A stretch of 64,000 bases of DNA from Actinomycetota bacterium (GTDB lineage: Bacteria; Actinomycetota; JAHEXW01): positions 538,851 through 602,850 of the forward strand of contig JBAZZW010000002.1 of NCBI GenBank assembly GCA_041658625.1, read 5' to 3'. Below, piece after piece: positions 59,865-64,000 of the stretch; within the stretch, counting starts at the first letter, position 1, and every line of letters begins with the position of its first letter. The notes under the pieces were generated by a model that saw only the letters and a list, made by a program, of their open reading frames with translations, was not told where the DNA came from and made no database searches. A program made the position numbers and the translations under genes.

Positions 59865-59988
59865 AAACATACCCTCTCCACTCAAGAACCCCCCCCTTTT
59901 TTTTGAGCTCGCAAAATATTCTTCGAGCGAGCGCTAATTACGAGCTTGCCCTGAGCTAGTCGAAGGGTCGAGAAGGGAGGGCGCCGCT

Positions 59989-60159
59989 CGCTGGACAAAC
60001 CCGGCTATGCTCTTTAATATTGTTTAAGTGCGAATACGGGTGATTAGCTCAGGGGGGAGAGCGCTTCCCCTGACACGAAACTCGTGTACCATGCCCAAGC
60101 CCCATCTCATCTGCAGGTATAACACTCTTTTGGAATCCGCCGTCGCTATGTAAGTGCAC
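59989..60159 (+). repeat. ~170-bp direct repeat, copy 1 (contains tRNA D-arm-like TAGCTCAGGGGGGAGAGCGC)
   Basis: Aligned by eye with copy 2 at 62542..62710; high identity over most of its length with a few indels. Confidence 0.6.
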
Positions 60160-60333
60160 AAAAAGCGAGCAATTGGAAGTTTGTCAATTGGAAGATTCCG
60201 AATCAGGCTTCTTTTTCGTTGCCGCTTCTTCTTCCTCGCGTTCCCATTTGGGCTTGATTCAATTCGGGACCTTGAACATCGTGAAGATTGCTAGGAAGAC
60301 GACAACTTGCCAATCTTAGTCTTGGATATTGCC

Positions 60334-60657
60334 TTAGACTACACGCTTGTAATATTTGAAACTCCCTCCAGTTGAAAGTATTGACCCCATCCAAGTACGT
60401 CGGTCGATTCCTGCTAATTCTTCATCACTTCTTGATGCCAAGTCGTCATACATCGCATAACCGAACAAAAATAGATACGATAACCCAAAACCGGCTGTAA
60501 ACGCAAACAAAGTAAAGAAAAGTGTTTCTATTGCGTCAGTTTTGTTCATCGCCATGAGAATTAAGACCACAGCAGCAATAATTGATGCTACGATGAGCGA
60601 GATTGTTCTCACGCGCTTTTGGAGTTTGCTGATTTTCATATTCGTATCATATTTCAT
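60334..60657 (-). CDS. small two-TM membrane protein, immunity-like (downstream of RHS remnant)
   Basis: 107 aa; start overlaps the RHS-fragment stop by 4 nt; two hydrophobic helices. Confidence 0.45.
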   Translation of the reverse strand: MKYDTNMKISKLQKRVRTISLIVASIIAAVVLILMAMNKTDAIETLFFTLFAFTAGFGLSYLFLFGYAMYDDLASRSDEELAGIDRRTWMGSILSTGGSFKYYKRVV

Positions 60658-61023
60658 ATTGCCCTAGTCTTCCCTTTATAATCCACACCTCGGCCGTTAC
60701 CGTGAATTGCAGAGGAGTTATTCCCGCAATAGAGATAAGGATTGAGCGCCAACCTGTCCGTCGCCTGCTGCGGCATAGCGTCCCGGGAGATGAACCTGCC
60801 GGTCGCAGGATTGTAATACCTGGCGTTTAAGTAATACATCCCGGTCTTGTTACCTGGGGTCAGGCCCTGTCGCTTAAGAGGAGAGGGCCTGACCCCAAAG
60901 CCGACCCAATGGATTCCCGAAGGTGCCTGTCGCAACGATATTCTTGGCTGTCAAGTTGCTTCCGTCCCAGACCCAGGCATATTCCGTCGGGTTCCCCCGG
61001 GCGTCATAAGCCCAGCTCCGTCA
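60654..61023 (-). pseudogene. RHS/YD-repeat protein C-terminal remnant (frameshifted), ending in a short C-terminal tip
   Basis: ORF 60654..60935 encodes MYYLNARYYNPATGRFISRD...NPYLYCGNN (RHS core end); upstream a different frame encodes YDARGNPTEYAWVWDGSNLTAKNIVATG; no intact N-terminal RHS body. Confidence 0.55.
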
Positions 61024-61202
61024 TGGCGTCATCCTGGGCTCCGTGTCTTCTAGGAGCGCAGGAACTCAGACGCTGCTATTCATTCAAGTATAATCGTGCC
61101 CTGAGAGTCAAGACCTTGCCGCCAAGACATCCCCATGATTATTCAAAACACAATAATGAGTGATCCAGTACTTGACTTTTCACATGCAATATTGCATTAT
61201 GA

Positions 61203-62453
61203 ATGCAATGCTGTAAAAAGGAGACGCGCGTGCCTAAGCATTATATAGAACGAACAATTGAGCCTTTACTGTTGCGATCGTCGCAAGAGTCACCCGCCAT
61301 CGTTCTGACCGGCCCCAGACAGTCAGGCAAAACGACGCTCCTTAAGCATGTCTTCTCCAAAACTCATCGATATATTTCCCTTGATCTGCCGGACGTCGCA
61401 GCGTCGGCGACCGCCGACCCGCGAGGTTTCCTCGATATAAATCGTCCGCCGGTAATCTTCGACGAGATCCAGTATGTACCCGGACTCCTTCCTTATATAA
61501 AAGAGCTTGTCGACGCAGACAGGCAGAGTATGGGCCGGTTCATTCTTACGGGTTCACAGAACTTGATGTTGCTCAACAGCGTGACCGAGACTCTAGCCGG
61601 GCGAGCCGCACTCTTGCGTCTCCTGCCTCTCTCATATAACGAGGCGCTCGGTCGTCCGTTGACTTCTCTGCCGTGGGAGTCGAAAAAGAGCCATGAGATC
61701 TTGCCTGAGCTTACGCATTCCAACCTCTACCAGAAGCTCATCATCGGGTCTTTTCCGGAACTCGTTGCCACTCCTAAATCCGATCCGACAATCTGGCAAG
61801 GCAGCTATATCCAAACATATCTTGAACGCGACGTGAGAAGCTTAAGACATATCGGCGATTTGTCGACCTTCCAGAACTTCTTGCGGGTCATCGCAGCGCG
61901 CTCGGGTCAGCTGTTCCAGCTTGCTGATGTATCTCGCGACCTGGGTGTCGCTTTCAACACGGCTAAGCAATGGCTCTCCATTCTGGAAGCCACCTACCAG
62001 GTCGTGGTCGTACGACCGTATTTCGAGAACGTAGGTAAACGGCTTGTCAAAACGCCGAAGGTTTACTACCTCGATACAGGGCTCTTGGCATATCTAGCGC
62101 AGATACGCGACGCGGATCAAGCATCTACAGGCCCTTTCAGCGGTGCGTTCTTTGAGACTGCGGTCTTGGCCGAGCTTACCAAGAGCTATGTTCACAGAGG
62201 GAAAGAGGCCCGGATCTTCTTCTGGCGCACAGCGGCCGGCAAAGAAGTCGATTTCGTGATAGAGGTCGGCGGGACATTGATTCCGATTGAGGTCAAAGCA
62301 TCAGCAACCCCGCGCCCAGAGATGACGACTGGCTTGCGTTCATTTATGGAAGACTACAGCCCTAGGGCAAACAAAGGTTATGTCGTACACCCGGGCAATA
62401 TCCGACTACCGCTCGCGCCGGACATCGAAGCCTTACCGTTCGCCCTTCTGTGA
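61203..62453 (+). CDS. AAA+ ATPase with C-terminal DUF4143-like domain
   Basis: 416 aa; Walker A LTGPRQSGKTTLL, Walker B VIFDEIQ, C-terminal region typical of this ATPase family. Confidence 0.7.
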   Translation: MQCCKKETRVPKHYIERTIEPLLLRSSQESPAIVLTGPRQSGKTTLLKHVFSKTHRYISLDLPDVAASATADPRGFLDINRPPVIFDEIQYVPGLLPYIKELVDADRQSMGRFILTGSQNLMLLNSVTETLAGRAALLRLLPLSYNEALGRPLTSLPWESKKSHEILPELTHSNLYQKLIIGSFPELVATPKSDPTIWQGSYIQTYLERDVRSLRHIGDLSTFQNFLRVIAARSGQLFQLADVSRDLGVAFNTAKQWLSILEATYQVVVVRPYFENVGKRLVKTPKVYYLDTGLLAYLAQIRDADQASTGPFSGAFFETAVLAELTKSYVHRGKEARIFFWRTAAGKEVDFVIEVGGTLIPIEVKASATPRPEMTTGLRSFMEDYSPRANKGYVVHPGNIRLPLAPDIEALPFALL

Positions 62454-62541
62454 CGACTCTTTGGCTTATCTTAAAAGTTCACTTCGATTTGGGGAATATC
62501 TTATAGATTTCTGACACCGCTATGTTCGCGAAGGATTTGCC

Positions 62542-62710
62542 CGCTGGACAAACAAGCCTATGCTCTTTAATATTGTTTAAGTGCGATTACGGGTGATTAG
62601 CTCAGGGGGAGAGCGCTTCCCTGACACGGAATTCGTACACTGACTTCATTCCCCTTCCCATCTGCAGGTATAACACTCTCTGGGAATATATAGCGCGTCC
62701 GTAAGTGCAC
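62542..62710 (+). repeat. ~170-bp direct repeat, copy 2
   Basis: Aligned by eye with 59989..60159; followed at 62738..62793 by a tail element that also occurs at about 5925..5980. Confidence 0.6.
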
Positions 62711-62909
62711 CGTAAGTGCTATTGAGGTAACAAAAAAGCTGGCTTCCCGGGTTATACGTTTTTCGCACACTTAGGATTTTGCATAAAGCCAGCTGAGAGT
62801 GGCTTCTTGTTGCATACGGGGGCGTAGATCACGCAAATCCGGGCGCCGACGCCGTAAAAACCTTACGCTTCACAACCTGGCCTTATAGGCAAGAAAGGGC
62901 ATTTAAACG

Positions 62910-63887
62910 TTACTGTGACTTCTTGATAAATTCTCGAATTGGCTCAAACTGTTGATAGTCAAAAGCCGCAATATGATAAGGCAATGCGCTCAAGGAGCTA
63001 CATGAATCGTCTAAATGGTTCTCCACATAAGAATTTATTAACATATCTAAAGTGTCATCCATGTTGACGACATCCATGTAGTACGGATCAAGTTCCTTAC
63101 CCGTTTCATAGATATTCAAAAACCGCCCCTTCGAGTCAACGTGATTAGCGTAGAAAGCACCTATACCTATTTTGGCAGCTGAAATCTTCTCGTAACGGTC
63201 CTTGAATCCTCCGAACACCCGTGGCTCCAGATGCCGAAACTTCCATATTCGAAATTCCCCGGTTTTCATTGTTAAATCTCTCAATTCTGCAACTATTTTG
63301 AGGAATCCTTCGCGAGTCCTTTCTGAAAAAGCCTTAATAATAGTTCCCGATTCTTCTCTTTTGACAATATCATCCGGAGCAATAACGTTCGTCCTTGAAA
63401 AGACAGATTGTGTAATATCATCTATCAATAGACAACACGTTTTCAGGTATTCCGGATTGTCAGTCGAGTGTCGAAAAACATCTGAGATTCCTGGGATCAA
63501 ATCATATATATATCCAAGCTCCTCACTTTTCTCAACACAAGCATCGATCAATTCAAGCATATTTGTGTCGCTTAGGTTTGAATGAATGACTAGCTTCATA
63601 GCGTCCCAATGACCTTCGTAGTCTGAAAAAAGACAGAGTCCACGTAAGAACCAAGACTCCTTGATGTTTGGATTTTCATCAATGATTTCTTCCAAGATCG
63701 CATTGGCCTTTTTGAAGTCTCCGAACGACATATAGGTTCTGGCTATATCAATATTCCTGCCACCCTTTTTTGTGGCCGAGTCAAACTCAAGTGCTGAATC
63801 ACAATAGGGGCATCTTGTTATACTGGCATTCGATGCTGGATCGAGTTGACCACCACAGCTGGGGCAGGAAAGCTTTCGTACCTCCAT
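62910..63887 (-). CDS. hypothetical protein with N-terminal zinc-ribbon (CPSCGG...CPYC) and helical (TPR-like) region
   Basis: 325 aa; AT-rich gene; no family recognised. Confidence 0.5.
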   Translation of the reverse strand: MEVRKLSCPSCGGQLDPASNASITRCPYCDSALEFDSATKKGGRNIDIARTYMSFGDFKKANAILEEIIDENPNIKESWFLRGLCLFSDYEGHWDAMKLVIHSNLSDTNMLELIDACVEKSEELGYIYDLIPGISDVFRHSTDNPEYLKTCCLLIDDITQSVFSRTNVIAPDDIVKREESGTIIKAFSERTREGFLKIVAELRDLTMKTGEFRIWKFRHLEPRVFGGFKDRYEKISAAKIGIGAFYANHVDSKGRFLNIYETGKELDPYYMDVVNMDDTLDMLINSYVENHLDDSCSSLSALPYHIAAFDYQQFEPIREFIKKSQ

Positions 63888-64000
63888 TGTCGTCTCCTAT
63901 CACAACCCACTTCACGGGAATCCGGACTTCTGGCTTATCCCCTTTTGGGGAATCTCACCTTAAGAGCCGATTAAGCTGGCTCCGCAATCATTGCAGAACT

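Noticed and set aside
60040-60090. tRNA gene call for the D-arm-like segment inside the 170-bp repeat
   Set aside because: Acceptor/D-arm-like sequence is present but the anticodon stem is mismatched and no T-arm or 3' acceptor strand follows; not an intact tRNA.

Overview
This 64-kb window looks like a moderately high-GC bacterial chromosome segment, mostly minus-strand housekeeping genes, with three accessory patches. The gene order tlyA-recN-steA-steB...pyrG-NUDIX-xerD suggests an Actinobacteria-like monoderm lineage, but that is inference. Housekeeping calls include an aroC fragment, pilMNOP-like genes, dprA, comM, scpAB, trpS, pdp, deoB, xerD, pyrG, recN, tlyA, dxs, ispA, nusB, accBC and thrS. 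Patch 1 (about 4.1-13.6 kb, AT-richer by eye) is the best candidate for an undescribed system: an ArsR-family regulator bracketed by two identical 24-bp perfect palindromes, a single-chain nuclease-methylase-specificity restriction enzyme, a divergent KAP-family P-loop NTPase with transmembrane helices inserted between Walker A and Walker B, and a protein with a C-terminal HEPN-like Rx6H motif flanked by tRNA-like 3' fragments. Patch 2 (17.3-20.0 kb) holds a VapBC pair and a nucleotidyltransferase+PIN pair. Patch 3 (53.8-64 kb) holds multi-domain glycosyltransferases, HicBA, an RHS remnant with an immunity-like gene and an AAA ATPase bounded by ~170-bp direct repeats. Several small intergenic repeat families recur. 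No rRNA, intact tRNA, CRISPR array or recognisable transposase was seen. Everything was read by eye from the ORF translations and the sequence; no database search, folding or GC computation was run, and hand-derived coordinates may be off by a few bases.
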